In this document: piece by piece, positions 25,051-38,600 of the stretch
Layout of the letters: each line of letters starts with the position of its first letter
Position numbering within the stretch: position 1 is the first letter of the stretch
Assembly (NCBI GenBank): GCA_013265495.1
Contig: MU061579.1
Location: 186,001 to 250,000 of the forward strand
Length of the DNA: 64,000 bases
Direction of reading: 5' to 3'
DNA from: Vicugna vicugna
Lineage: Eukaryota
Notes under the pieces: generated by a model
Database searches by the model: none
Seen by the model: only the letters and a program-made list of their open reading frames with translations
What the model was told of the DNA's origin: nothing
Program-made: the position numbers and the translations under genes

Positions 25051-27334
25051 AATCATAAACGTGGAGCTAAATTAATTGTCTTAAAGTGAGCACACTAATA
25101 GAAGTACAACCTGGGACAAGCGAAAGAATCTGACAAGAAACCCCTGTGATCCCCTGTGTGTTTTGCAATCTCTACTCCTTTTCTGCATTTTAAAGACAAA
25201 CACTAGCTTCTAACACCATAGGATACCTTTTTTCTAATTTCGAAGTTTATAGAAATGTAACCATATTGTGTATTATTTTATGGCTTGATTTATTTCAATT
25301 AGCACTGTGCTTTTATCACTGACTATCACTTTACTGTATGGATGTACCACAGGTTTGGGGAGTTTTTTTGTTTGCTTGTATGTTTGTTTTACCCCTTCCC
25401 TTAGTGAAGGACATCTTAGGTGCTTCCAGATTTTGGAAATTATGAATAGCACTATAAATATCTGCATGTGGCTTTTCGTGTGGACATAAATTTTCAAATC
25501 ATCGAGTGAATATCTGGGAGCATAATGCTGGATCAAACTGTTTAGCTTTTTAAGAAATTGCTAAACTGTCTTCCTAAGTGACTGTTCCATTTTGTATTTC
25601 TACTTCTAGTGAGTGTGAGTTCTGCTTGCTCCGCATCACCTGCATTTGCTATTGTTAGTTTTGGATTTTACTCATTCCGATATTTAGCTGTCTTGATTTG
25701 TATTTTTCTAAAGGCAAATGATGTTGAGTATCTTTTATTATGCTTATTTGTCATCTGTATCTCTTCTTTGGTGAGGTGTCTGTTCGTTCATATCATTTGC
25801 CTATCTTTTAACTGGTCTGGTGACTTCTCTTTTGGAATGTTATTCATTATTAACTCAATTTTTTTTAATAGATGCTAAATTTCTTATTAGATTATCCATT
25901 GAATTTTGTGTGAATTCTGATAGTTGTGTCTTTTAAGAAATGGCTACATTTTATCTAATTTATGAAATTTTGGGGCATAGATTTGTTCATAGTATTATTA
26001 TATTACTATTTAAATATCTGTAGGATTAACTTAATATCTACAGGCTGCTCTTTCATTTCTAATATTTGTAATTTGGGCATCCTCTCTTTTAATTCTGGAT
26101 TAGCCTGGCTAGAGGTTTACCAATTTTAGATATTTTTAAAGAAGCAGCTTTAGATTTCATTGAATTGCTCTTTGTTTTCCAATTTCATTGATCTCTAGTA
26201 CGATTTTTATTACTCCTTTTCTTCTGTTTGCTTTAAACTTCGATTACTCTTATTTTCCTTGACTCCTAAGAAGCTTAAGCTATTGAATTTAGATCTCTCT
26301 TCTTTTCTAACATATGCATTAAATGCTATTAATTTATCAGTAAAACATCATCCATTGCATCAACAAATTTTAGAAACACTTTAATTGATCTTGAGACTTC
26401 TTTTTTGGCTAATGGATTAATTTAAGTGTGTATCATTTAATTTGTGTATATGTGGGATTTTCAGCTCTCTGTTATTGATTTTTAGTTCAACTTCACATGA
26501 TTTTTATTTTTTTAATTTGATAGTATATTTTATGGCCTGAAGTAATCTGTCTCAGTGAATGTTCCATATGGGGTTGAGGAGAATATGGATCTGGCCGAGG
26601 TAGGTTGGAGTTTTCTATAAATTAGGTCAAATGGATCAGTAGTTTAATTCAGGTCAATTATGTCCTTACTGATCTTCTGCCTGAATAATTCATCAATTCA
26701 AAAGAAGTGTGTTTGTCTACAATTGTAGTAGTATCTTAGTTTATTTTTCTTTGAATGTCTATCAGTTTTTGCCGCATGTATATTGGCATTCTATTTTTAT
26801 GTGTGTACACACCAAGGACCGTTTTGTCTTCCTGGAGAATTGGCCCCTTTGTCATTATGTAATGCCATTTGTTACTCCTGATAATATCCTTTATTCTAAG
26901 ATCTGCTTTGTCTGAAATTAACATAGCTACCCCAGCTTTGTTTATATTAGTTAGCATTGTATATTTTTCTCCATCCCATTTCATTTCCCCTATCTGAATC
27001 TTTATAATTAAAGTGGATTTCTTGCATACAATGGATAGTTTGAGTCTTTTTTAAAACCCATTCTAACAATATCTGCCTTTTATTTGGTGTATTTAGACTA
27101 TTCCCATTTGAAGTGATTATTTATATAGTTGGATTAACATGTACTATGTTTCTAATTGTTTTTTATTCATTGCACTTATTCTTTATTTCTTTTTCTACTC
27201 ATTTTCTTTCTTTCTATTTGTTTGAGACTTTATATGACTCCAATTTATCTCCTCCCAGAGCAATTGCATTTTGAAAACCAAAGTTAATGATTGCTTCAAA
27301 GTTTGCAGTATACATTTACAACTACTCTAGCTCA

Positions 27335-27692
27335 ATGTAGTGGCTTAGAATCTCAGCTTACGTAGCATCTTCAGCAAAGAACATTAAATTTGCAGAGAAA
27401 TGACTGGCTAACAGACACTAATTTTAAGCTTCCAAGAGTGACAAACTATGGGAAGATAAATACGCAGAAAGAAACTAATGGAGCAACATTTGTTTGTACA
27501 TTCCTCTGGTGCTGTCTATGGATTGATAAGAGTCTGTTCCCAGTAAGAGGAGAATTTGCATCCTGCTTTTAGACTGGGAAGGGGAAGGCAGACATTTTCC
27601 TATATTTGCTGTTTCTTAATTGCCTTAAACTCAAAATAATTTTTTTATGTCAAGGAGGCTTATTTTAGGTTATATAATATGATTTCCTTTAA
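27335..27692 (-). mobile_element. MER34/MER39-like ERV1 LTR fragment
   Basis: TGCTGTTTCTTAATTGCCTTAAACTCAAAATAAT...GGCTTATTTTAGGTT is the reverse complement of a MER34-group LTR 5' end. Confidence 0.65.
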
Positions 27693-29322
27693 TTCCTTCT
27701 TTGATGATCTTTCTTTATGCAGATGCAATAAACATGTGTCATTTTCCTTCTCCCTAAAGAAACTTCTTTTAACATTTCTTGCAGGACATGTTTGCTAGTG
27801 ACGAATTTCTTCAGTTCTTTGTCTAAGCAAGTTTTTATTTCTTCTTTGCATGTGAAAATGGTTTGTTAGGTATAGAATTCTAGTTTGACAAATTCTTTTT
27901 TCAACACTCTAAATATTTCACTCTACTCTCTTCTTCCATGTTTTCTGTTAAGAAATCCAACATAAGTATTACCCTTTTTTACCAGTAGGTAAGATGCCCT
28001 GATATACCAGATTTTTTTCATAATTTTCTCTTCATCTTTGGTTTTGTGCAATTTGAATATGGTATGCTTAGTTTGATTGTTTTTGGTTATGTTTTAGGGG
28101 GTAGTATTTATTTTGCTTGGCATTCTCTGAGATTCCTGGATCTCTGCTTTGGGACCTGTCAGTTTTAGAATTTTCTCAGTCATTATTACTTCAAATAGTT
28201 CTTCTGCTCTACTCTCACTTTATCCTGTATCTGGTAATCCAATGATACATGCTAAAACTTGAAATTGTCCCATGGTTTTTGGATATTCTTTTTTTTTTTT
28301 TTTGGCTTTTGTTTTAGGATTTTCTAATGACCTGCCTTTAAGCTCATCAATTCTTCCCTCTGCCGTGTTAAGTCTAATAATGAGCCCGTCAAGGCAGCCT
28401 TCATTTCTCTGTCACTGTTTTTGATTCGTAGCATTTCCTTTTGATTCTTTCTTAGAATCAAAAAAGAATTTCTATCTTTCTGTTTACATTGTCCATCTGT
28501 TTTTGCATGCTGTCTACTTTTACCATTAGATCCCTTAACATATTAATTGTAATTGCTTTAAATTCTCTGTCTGATTATTGCAACACTTCTGCTATACCTT
28601 AATCAGTTTTGATGGTTGTTTTCTCTTGTCAGACTTTTTTTCTTGCTTTTTGTTATGCCTTATAATTTTTAGTAGGAGTCAGGCATGTTGCACTGAGTGA
28701 TAGGAATGGAGGTAAACGGTCCTTCAGTGTGAGGATTTATGTTAACTTGACTGTGGGCTGGGATGTCTCTAGTAGCTATAGGCACCAGGGACTTCAGATT
28801 CCTCTGGTGTCCATGCCCTTTGGTCTTCCATCAGTACTTCTTGGAAAATGCTGTATCTTGTAGCTCTTTCAGCTAAAACCTACAGTAATCAGCCTGGAGC
28901 CTGGTTGGTGTGGTGGTAAGATGTGAGAAACAGGGAGCACTCTTTAATTTCTTTTATTAAATCTCAGACGTTAGAGGGCCTGTACCTCAGGGTTGTTACT
29001 TTCACAAGTATTTTGCTAATGCTGTTGCTTTTTTCTCTCGACCTCCTGTGCCATCCTGTGTTCCACCATTCTAAATCCATTTCCTTGATGTACACCTGTT
29101 ACTGGTGTACTTGTTACTGTGGGGAGGGTCCGGGGGCTGGAATGGGAGAGGGCTCTCCCGCCTGCTCAGATAAGTTCTTACAAAATGTTTTCTTCTGTAG
29201 AGTAAGCCTTTGTTATGGAAATGCTCTGGCTATGTCTCACCTCCTGAGAAAAATCTCCGAGTCACTACTCTGGGCATCAGGTAGGGCAGTAGCCTCTGGT
29301 CTTATTGGCTTACCTCTCCAGG

Positions 29323-29515
29323 TGTGAGACACCTGCCCTATGAGTGACTTGGTGTGAGGGCTCTTGGGGCCCAAGAGTTGCCAAAAAACCAGCCTTTGTG
29401 CCCTGAGAAATGAATTCAGGCTCAGAGACAGAGTTTTGGGAATATCAGAGAAAAGCAGCTTTATCGCTGTGCCAGGCAATGGGGAGTCACAGTAGGCTCA
29501 TGCCTTAGACACTGG
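29323..29515 (-). mobile_element. ERV1-class LTR 3' fragment
   Basis: GAGACAGAGTTTTGGG...GAAAAGCAGCTTTATCGCTGTGCCAGGCAATGGGGAGTCACAGTAGGCTCATGCC resembles antisense R/U5 of cetartiodactyl ERV LTRs. Confidence 0.6.
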
Positions 29516-30378
29516 GATGGCCTGCTCTTCCTGGCGAGATAAGACAACTCTTGATTGGGAGCTGAGGGAAGGTGAGGCCCAGCTTTCATGCCCATGCGCC
29601 TCCTGCAGTGGAGCTTAAGTCATGTTGAGCTGGGGCAAGGGAAGTAAAAGTGAGTCACTGGTTAAATGCCAGAGATTCATGATGTTCTTACCATGCTAGA
29701 GTTTCTTGAACAAAGTATCCTTCATTTGTTTTGTGCCCTTAGCACAAATCTCAGAGTCTTGAAATAATATTTAAAAATAATTTCCACCAGTTTTCTTGTT
29801 TTACTGTGGAGTAGTTCCAAGGAACTTCTCACACTGCAGTCTTAGAAGCAGACCTCCTAAGTTTATTGTCATACTATTCATATTGAACAAAATGTGCTTT
29901 ACTGTAGGTGGAAGATTTGTGCTAACATGATACAGAAAGATGAACACTTGCCTTAAAGCCACACACACTTGGATTTGATATACAACACTGCTGTTTACTA
30001 CCTGAGCAGCCTGGGGAAAATTACTTTATTAGGCACAACTTTGTAAAACTAGCACAGAGATTTTAAAAAGATTTGGTCTAATAGTGCCATTTTTAAATGC
30101 TTGAATTATTGGCACCTAAATATTCTTATTTTCCATTTAAATCTTTCATAGCTTTTAAATGAAATAAAATTACAAACAAAATAATACAAAATACTGCACT
30201 CCATGCTTACTTTCTTGCAAACTCACTGATATACAGATTCTTCAAAATGAGGAATTGCTTACTAATTAAATAGCACACGCTCACACAGCAGATCTTTTCC
30301 TGGAATGTGTATTCAAAGAGAGAGTTGAGGGGAGGGAAGAAATGAAGCAGAATGGTACATGATTACATATTTCCAGAA

Positions 30379-30566
30379 CAGTATTTCCCCAAACCTTTCT
30401 GTGCCTAATAATTGTCTAGGGAGCTTGTTAAATAGCAGATTCTTTTATCCAATCACCAGAGATGTTGACATAGTACATCTAGGATGGGTCTCTGCAACTT
30501 GAATTTTTAATGAGCATCTCAAGTGATTTTGATCAAGTCCTATAGGTAACATATTTTGAGAAGTCT
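30379..30566. mobile_element. MER5-like hAT-Charlie element
   Basis: CAGTATTTCCCCAAAC...GGGAGCTTGTTAAATAGCAGATTC...AAGTGATTTTGAT...TTTTGAGAA. Confidence 0.65.
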
Positions 30567-31955
30567 AGAAACATTAGGATTTTACTCACAGTGACTAAAA
30601 ACCAGACAGGATACTGAGAAGAAGTCTAAGGTATTTCATACAAGAGTTGAAAATAGGACACTATTTTCAGGTCATAATGGTTCAGTAATGCCACACCAAA
30701 AATATTTTTAGTGCCTAAAATTTCTGCCATATGCCTCTTTTTTAATGACTCTACTCCACTCTGAACTTAGAAGTTATAATAAATAGGGCTTTATTTGCTT
30801 AGAAATAGTAGAAAAGTGGTAGATGGAAAGGGGTGTAGAACAGTTCTGCATTCAGTTTTAACATCCTATGGAAAAAAAAGGGAACAAAGGCAAATGAAAT
30901 AAATTACAGTCCAAGGTTAGGTAGTTTTTAAAAACTCAGGTATACTCTGTGCAGGATACAGATGCATAATAAAGTTTATTAAAGTAGTTCTGACCTTAAA
31001 ATGTATCATTTTGAAAAACATTTTTAATGATAGTTTATTAAAATAATATTCTAATTGATATACTTTATTTTTGGAATTTTAAAGTTTAATGTGACATATT
31101 AACGTGCATTTTAGTATCAGTGATTATAAAACGCTCCACATGAAGCATTTTATTATTTTATTATGTGCTATTTTACAAGATAATATCTTGCATCCTCTGA
31201 TATTTAAAACACCATAAATACAAAATGGATCTACTCTAAAATGTATTAAAAAGTGTAACATCTATTGCCATTGATGTCCTTGGTTTACAGTAGTGTCTCT
31301 GATGACAGAAATGAGAAATTACATGGTAGTTTGATGTTTAGTGGAATGTATATGTCTGCAGATTTTAATTTTCCCACTGACAAATCTCCAAAGGATTGGA
31401 ATGAAAAGATATGTTGAACCAGATAATTTCCAAATTGTAGATTCTCTTTTAGGGGAAGAAAAAAAATTGCACGCACACACACATACATATTAACGTATGT
31501 GCGCACAAATGCATAAACACTCAAACACAACATGCAATCATAGTTAATGGAACGTTTTGCAAGTCTTATGTTTTATTTTATTCTCAAAGGGTAACCCATT
31601 ACAGTTTAAACAACTCAAAATTCTTATTGTTTTTGGTTGGATGTCAAATGGAGACAATTTGGAAGACATGAAAACTGAGCTGCGGATTAAACAAGAGGCA
31701 AGATACAAAAGAGACCTGTAATATCAGGAGGCTTTCCATCCCTTAAAATCCAAGAGGGAAAAAGCAGTGTGGCTTTCCAAGAATAGAGAGCATGAAAACC
31801 CTCCTTGTTCTTGATACTGATTCCTAACTTTTGCTGCTTCTGCTGTTGATAAAAAAAAACATTGCTAATAAAAGCTACTAAAATTTTAATTTAAATTTCT
31901 ACTTGCAAAACATTCCTATTTTGTTTTTTTCTTTTGAATTAACTCTCCTTGTGGA

Positions 31956-31986
<31 letters not shown>
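31956..31986. repeat. (TC)n(CA)n microsatellite
   Basis: Directly visible. Confidence 0.9.
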
Positions 31987-31987
<1 letters not shown>

Positions 31988-32739
31988 CCCATATCCACAG
32001 TTGTTTAGTTTGTACTCATTCTACAGATGTCAGAACATTTCTCTTTAGAAAACTTCCATTTCCTGTCTAAAACTGGGTTAAATCATTAGTGGGGGCTCCA
32101 GTAGCACTATTCAGACCCCGTATGTGCCTTCTGTTTGTGTGTCTTCTCTTCTAGTTCATTAGCAATTTGGTACCAGAGGTTGTAGTAAATTGCCTGGCAT
32201 ATCAGAGATGCTCAGCATTTTGTATGCATCTTAATTTAACTCCATACAACAACTAAGATCCCTATGTTTTATTTACCAGTGATCACAGAAGCTAAGGCAT
32301 TTACCTGAAATCACTCAACCAGTAGATAGTGGTGGAAGGTCCCCAAAACAGACATGGTGATTCTAAATGATGTGTTATTTACCAATAGAAAAAGAGGCTT
32401 GTCTCCTGTCCAGACATGAGTCTGTCCCCTCATACCTCATTAGACTAACACTACATACACACTAAAATGCTGACCTCTGGGGTTCCAGTTCCCAGAAGTT
32501 TTCAATCCATTCCCTTTCATTGATTGAGGATTAATTGATTTTCAATGTCATGTATCCTCTATGAGAACTAGCTGGTTTGTTTTCAAGTTTTATGGAGTTT
32601 TGCTTTGGACATGCAGGTTAGCAGGACTGAGGTCATCCTATTCCTAAATTCCTGAAACACTGGCATCATTGATTCATACAACATCATCCCTCTTTGTTTA
32701 TGTGTTCCCTTTATTTCCCCTCATTTCTTTTCCTTCTGC

Positions 32740-33215
32740 TTCCTCATAAGCAATCATCTCAATTACTTGATATATTCCTGTTGTTATAAATGTGTATATT
32801 GTTTTATGTTAATATTTTATATATAAATAAAGTGTTCTATAGTATAGGTCTCATATATTTCTTACTTTTTTTCACTCATCAAAATGTGTTTAGTATCTAT
32901 CCATTTAGGTCATATACACCATTTTTTTCCCTTCCAGTTGTATAGCACTCTATGACATGATTCCACCAGGTTTTAGAGATCCTTTTATTCACAGTTACGA
33001 TTCATCATTGCTTGTGACACAAGCAGATTGCCTCTGATTCCCTTCTGTGGACAATTTTCCTGCAATTAACATCATTAAACATTTATTTGTTGAGGACATA
33101 TTCCCAGAGGCAAACTTTTAGATCCTAGATATGCACATACTAAATTTTACTAGGTAGCAGCCAGGTTCCTGTTGAGAAAGTCTACAGCATTGTATAATCC
33201 CCCAAACAGAATAAA
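32740..33215 (-). mobile_element. L1ME-like fragment
   Basis: GGACATATTCCCAGAGG...TAAATTTTACTAGGTAG...ATAATCCCCCAAACAGAATA is antisense to the end of ORF2. Confidence 0.5.
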
Positions 33216-33229
33216 AACAATACATGCTG

Positions 33230-34308
33230 CCATTTTGAAAATAGAATAGTGAGAAACTGGTCCACTTAAACTCAGATACCATGGGCAGAAGTTGCAAAAG
33301 CCCCATTACACAGAGAAGAGGGATGCTTGAACCAGCCCTGATTCTGTTTCCTGAAAGAAACACCCATTCCATTGATCTCTTTAGCCTGTTGCTCCATCTT
33401 CTGGGAGGATTTTCCATATTTATTATCCTACTCAGATAGTATTTGATGAAGGCAACATTTGGGGACTCAAGGGTCATTTTCATTCTTGTATAGTGAGCTA
33501 TTCTAAATCAATTCTCACGAACTTTTTATACTTAAGAGTTGTGATGGTTTCTTTAGTAGTACAGATCTCTTACAGATGTAATTGGGCTTCTATACAGTTG
33601 ATTCCTGTCAGCTCCACATGGAAATATCTATATCTTCAGGGCTTTTCCAGATATCCTTCTTAGATCTGATACATTTCTGTGTTTCCTTGCCCTCATACTT
33701 CTGTTCTTTCCCAACTGAGTCGCAGGCAGCTTCAGCCAGTCATGTAGGAGAGCAGCCAGGCTTGCTCTGCTTTTCCTGAGTTGTTCTGTCTAACTGGGAA
33801 GATCTACTGGATGCCAACAGTTCATTAAAGGGTTTTGTCAATGCTTATGAAAGCCATTCTCTGTAATTTATATTTGCTTGAAAACCAATTAGAATCTGCT
33901 TTTGATATCAAAGACCTATTTAATTTTATCTTTTACTCTTTGGGGTGAAGAAGTATCCACTCCAAACCAGCCTAAAAGGTCCCTAAATTCCTGAACTATA
34001 TTTCCTTTCTTGTTTCAAAGTAACTGATTATTTTCTGAGCTCAGTTTCTAATAATACTCGCAACATACAGCCTACAGTAAACATCAGATACTTCCAACAT
34101 TCTTTTCTACAACCTCTTCCCTCGAGATATGTTAATTAAGGTGACAATTTTACCAATTGTGTCAGTAATATAGAACTCTCATCAACATCCTTCCACATCC
34201 TTCCAGGCTTTGATAAGTTTCCTTCCTGACCTTTCCCTGTTCTCTAAACTAATACCAAGTAATTTAGTACAGGCATTAGAGTGGTACTTTCATTCCAGTA
34301 CCAGTTTT
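33230..34308 (-). mobile_element. MaLR (MLT1-type) internal sequence
   Basis: Ends TTCCAGTACCAGTTTT immediately before an MLT1 LTR, the typical antisense LTR/internal junction (..GGTACCAATT|TGT..). Confidence 0.55.
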
Positions 34309-34678
34309 TGTACCAATCAGGATGTCCTTGGTTATGCTAAAAGCAATAAGCTATCATCAATGAAGCTATGATTATGTTATATATCCATGGTGAAACTGCC
34401 GGTGGCTATGCTCTGTATTTTAATTCCACGTCACAGATGGAGAGATTGGCCACAACCATTGTTAATGGTGGTAGCAGAGAGAAAAGTAATCTAAGGTGTT
34501 ATGCCAACAACTTAATGTTTGGCCTAGAAGTTACATTTCTCATCTGCTCACAATGTTTTGGCTAGAATGAGTTCCATGGCCCCACTTAATCAGAGGACCC
34601 AGAAATGCAATTAATTGAGGGATCCAAAAGGTAGAGAATTATAGGAAAATAGTTGGTGAATAGTCTAGTACAATTTCA
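34309..34678 (-). mobile_element. MLT1J/K-like MaLR LTR
   Basis: TGTACCAATCAGGATGTCCTTGGTTATGCT; GCTCACAATGTTTTGGCTAGAATGAGTTCCATGGCCCCACTTAA. Confidence 0.7.
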
Positions 34679-34734
34679 AAATAGAGTTTATCTCAGGAAT
34701 ATAAACATAGTTTAGCCATGTAAAAACCTATCAG

Positions 34735-35248
34735 CATATCAGTCAGGACGCTGTGTAGAACACAGAGGCCTCTCTGCACTCCAAATATGAAATATTTCAA
34801 TACTGGAAACTGGAAGCTTGCACAGTTATTGAAAAGATTGATGGAGTAAAATTCAGAGAAGCTACCACCAAAAGTCACAGCCAACATTATTAAATCAGAT
34901 GGTTTTCAAGAATTTGCTGATGACCTAGTGTGACAAATGTTAACGAACTGTTGGGAAGATCTACTTACCTCAAGATGCATTAACAAAATGAGTAATTCTC
35001 AAGAACTTCACTTGGAAACTTTCAAACACCATATGAGCATGTATCTCTCTGCAACTACTTACTCAGAATAATGATTTCTCCTTTTATGCCTTTCCGAGCT
35101 CCTGTAAAGTCCTTTCATTGTCAGCTTTTAACCCGTAACAAACTAGATGAAGATGATTCTAGAAAATAATAGATACTAATTTCTCCTTTGTGAGACAGAA
35201 GAGATTTTAGAACAGGATGATGGTGATGTCTGCAACATACAACTCAGC
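34735..35248 (-). mobile_element. Ancient LTR (LTR33/LTR78/LTR79-like)
   Basis: ATATCAGTCAGG...TTTCAATACTGGAAACTGG, and CCTTTCATTGTCAGCTTTTAACC...TTCTAGAAAATAATAG. Confidence 0.45.
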
Positions 35249-35249
35249 A

Positions 35250-35490
35250 TGTAAATAAAACTGATTCTATCACTAGATATAGAAAAAGCACTGATAATAT
35301 CAATATTCATTCATAATGTAAAAGACAAACCCTCAGCCAGTCAGGAGAGAAAGAAACCTCATCGATAAACTCTATTTATCAGAAACCCATAGTCTTAATA
35401 GTGAAAAAGTAGAAGCTCTCACATGAAATAAGAAAGGAATACCCATATCCATAGTAAGAATTCAGCACTTGCCATGAGGGCCTTAAACAC
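35250..35490 (+). mobile_element. L1 ORF2 RT fragment (continues a piece at about 34682-34733)
   Basis: ATCACTAGATATAGAAAAAGCACTGATAATATCAATATTCATTCATAAT resembles the SIDAEKAFDKIQHPF-coding region. Confidence 0.55.
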
Positions 35491-35559
35491 AAATACCTTC
35501 ATGGACCAGTGATCCAGTCGAAATGTCTGTGAATGTCAGAGGTTGTTAGCCTAGTTAAC

Positions 35560-36820
35560 ATTTTCAGTTGGATGGTTAATGTCCATCTGGCATTTAACAT
35601 GTGAAAAATGAAACTTGATTTCCCTCTAACCCTGTTTCTCCCACTGCTCTGGTTCTCTGCTGCTGTGTGACAAGCCATGACAATACCTACAGGCGTAAAA
35701 TGACACTTTATTTACTATTATTATTACTATCATTATAGTCCATGGCTTTATGAGCTGACTGCAATCAGCTGAGTGTTTTCACGCTGGAATTTTCAGGTGG
35801 TTGCAGAAAAGTGGTGTCTGGGGAGGACACCTTTGAAGGATTCTTCATTCATATGTCTGACACCTAAGTTGGAATAGTTGAGACATCTCTGAGCTCCTTG
35901 CCTTCTCCCTTTGCATGTATCATCTCTATATGGCATCTTCACATTAGAGAGGTTTCTGTGTATTAGAACCATGATGACTGGCAACTCCCAGAATAATTGT
36001 CCCAAGAGGTTCAGAGGGAAGCTGAAAGACTTCCTATCATCTAACCTTGGAATTCCCAGACATGACTTTCATCACACTTTAACATTCAATCAATTCACAA
36101 AGACTTGTCCACATTCAAGAGAAAAATACTTAGATTTCACCTCTCAAGAGGAGGGATAACAGAGTTTGCTGTATTGAATCCATTGTATCCACAGCCTTTC
36201 CCATTTTAATATACAGTGACTCCATATGACTCTAGATAAACTTTACCATTTCTTTCTCATACACTCTTCTTTGAATTAAGTACTTAAACTTATTTGGTCT
36301 ACTTTTGAAATAGACCCACTCAGACCATGGTCAGCTCTTCTGCTATCACCTTGGTCCAGGGAGCCATCATACTTTGCCTGAATTATGATAGCCTAAACAT
36401 GGATTATTATTATGTAGTCTATTGGCTTCCCAATGGAACTATCCTTCTGAAATTTAATTATCATATCTAACACCTAGACAACTTCTATGGCTTTCCATCT
36501 TGCTCATGGAAAAGCCAAAGTCCTTAACTAGCTATAAGATCCTAAATTATTTGGCTACTTGCTAGTTTTCTGAACATGTGACCTGCCACTGTTTCCCTTT
36601 TCTTTACCCACACATGCCTCTTTGTATCTCCTAAGAAACACCAATCCATTTCCCACTTAGAGCCTTTGTACTCACTATTTTCTCTACCCAACGGTCTTGT
36701 CCCAGATGCCCTTGCACCTTCCAGCTCTCTATCTCTTCTTTTATTACACATAAATCTTCTTTACTTAATGACTGGAACAAAGTCTAGCACATACTGAACA
36801 TTGCATGTGTGGTTGTTGAA
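35560..36820 (+). mobile_element. L2 3' region, interrupted by an MLT1 LTR
   Basis: GGATGGTTAATGTCCATCTGGCATTTAACATGTGAAAAATGAAACTTGATTTCCC; CTATGGCTTTCCATCTTGCTCATGGAAAAGCCAAAGTCCTTA. Confidence 0.7.
35645..36187 (-). mobile_element. MLT1G/H-like MaLR solo LTR
   Basis: TGCTGCTGTGTGACAAGCCA...GAAGGATTCTTCATTCATATGTCTG...TCCACATTCAAGAGAAAAATACTTAGATTTCACCTCTC; 5-bp TSD CCCAC/TCCAC. Confidence 0.75.
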
Positions 36821-37589
36821 AATTCCTTACTCTGAGTGAAAACATCATTTTTGAATGTTAAAAAATACAATTAATTCACCCATAAAATGTTTTTCAAAGA
36901 CATATTTGCTGAGTAGATTGATATGGGTAAGACTGTCCTCTTTGCCATAGTAAGCCTTTAAAAATCTTGTGTTTCTTTTAATTATTTTACTAGGAAATAC
37001 TTGATTTTATTTTTGAAACAGTAATTGTTTGGGAACATATGTTAAAATTCTTAATTATGAATTTTGAACGCATTTAGAAATAATATATAGTTTTACTGCA
37101 TCACTATCAGGAAATTCAGACCTTACAGATGCATCCTTTTTTCAGTTATTTAATATAGTAGTATATATTTAAGTAAATGTTTTATGGGCACTTGAGCAAT
37201 TGTATTTTTAAAATAATTTTTAAAATATATAACTCAGTATAGGATGCAAATATCACTTTAGTTGTACTTTTAAAACCATGGCCATCATAATATTACATGA
37301 TTAAATTTCACAATTTTAAGTTAGCTGATTGTATTATAATTATAATTGGCAATTTCATTTACATTTCTTTAAAGTTTGCTTTATGTAATTATTCATATAT
37401 GAGTAATCAGTTTGTGGTTTGTACTTTCTTCAATACAATAACAATAAAAAATAGTCCATTCCACTTTGTTCTATATTAATATCATACTTTTTTTTTGTCT
37501 CAGAATGATAATTTTTTGCTTAACATACTTAGAAAATGAAAGCATATAAAATTTCCTTAATATTTATTGTCTTTTCTAATAGAATTAAT

Positions 37590-38600
37590 ATGAGTTTAAT
37601 GCACAACTTTCATAACATGCAGAAATAAGCAGAGGGAAAGACAGGAATTGTCCATAATCACAGCACATGTTAATGTAAAATATTAAATTTTAGTATATTT
37701 CCATCTGAAAATATATGCACATGTCTGTACACATGTGTCTGTGTGCAATATATGATTAAAGAAAATTAGAATATGCATTTGACAGTTTCTATTATGTATT
37801 TTCATTTTATGTATTTTTAGTATGTGAAAATTTATGTGAAGAATGCATACTATTACATTATATTACTAAGTTCTCTAATTTCTCTCACCTATTCTTTTAG
37901 TACTGGACACTGTGCCTTGTTGCACAGTTTTACTACCATAAATAATGCTGTAAATAAACACTCTTATGCATAATTAATTGTGCACATCTCTGATTATTTC
38001 CTTAGGGTATATTCCTAAAATGGAATAATTGGGTCAGAGTATGAGTATTTTGATGATTTGGATTAATGTTGTCAAGTTGCCCTCCAGGAAGTTTCCATAC
38101 ATTTGTATTCCCATAAGCAGCATATTAGAATACTTATTTGCATTTCTTTAATTATAAGTCATTTTAATGTGTTCATTAACCATTTATAGTTCTGAGTTTG
38201 TTTGCATGGGTAGAGTTGCACCAACTGGTAATTTTCTCAGTGTTTATTTTCTTTTATATTGAGTTAAGAATTTAATTTTCTGAGTGCAATATGTAGCAAA
38301 TTGTTTTTCAGTTTGCCATTTGACTGTTGATATTATTTATATTCTTAAGATATACATAATTTGTAATGCATATGTACTCAAACTTTCCCATGTTTTCTTG
38401 TTTTATTTTAACTTTCTATAATTAATAATTACTTTTATATCATGAGATTGTATATTTGCCTATATTTTCTTCATGTTAATTTCCATTTGTATTATTTTTA
38501 TTTCACCAAATTAACTTATATTTTATTTTGTTTTAATTTTCTCTGTATCCTATTTATGAATTATAATACTATATTTATGAAATTTATGGAGACATCAAGG
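37590..38600 (-). mobile_element. L1ME-like 3' region
   Basis: CTGATTATTTCCTTAGGGTATATTCCTAAAATGGAATAATTGGGTCAGAG...TTGCCCTCCAGGAAG. Confidence 0.65.

Larger units (their letters stand above)
25200..29857 (-). mobile_element. Old L1 (L1MC/L1M4-like): 5' UTR, ORF1, ORF2 endonuclease and 3' end, with most of RT missing; two nested LTR fragments
   Basis: ORF 26736-26984 (KAGVAMLISDKADLRIKDIIRSNKWHYIMTKGPILQED) is L1 endonuclease; ORF 25273-25536 resembles the ORF2 C-terminus; 5'-end-like sequence runs to about 29857. Confidence 0.85.

Noticed and set aside
28923..29327. 134-aa ORF
   Set aside because: Lies antisense within decayed L1 5' sequence; no recognisable homology
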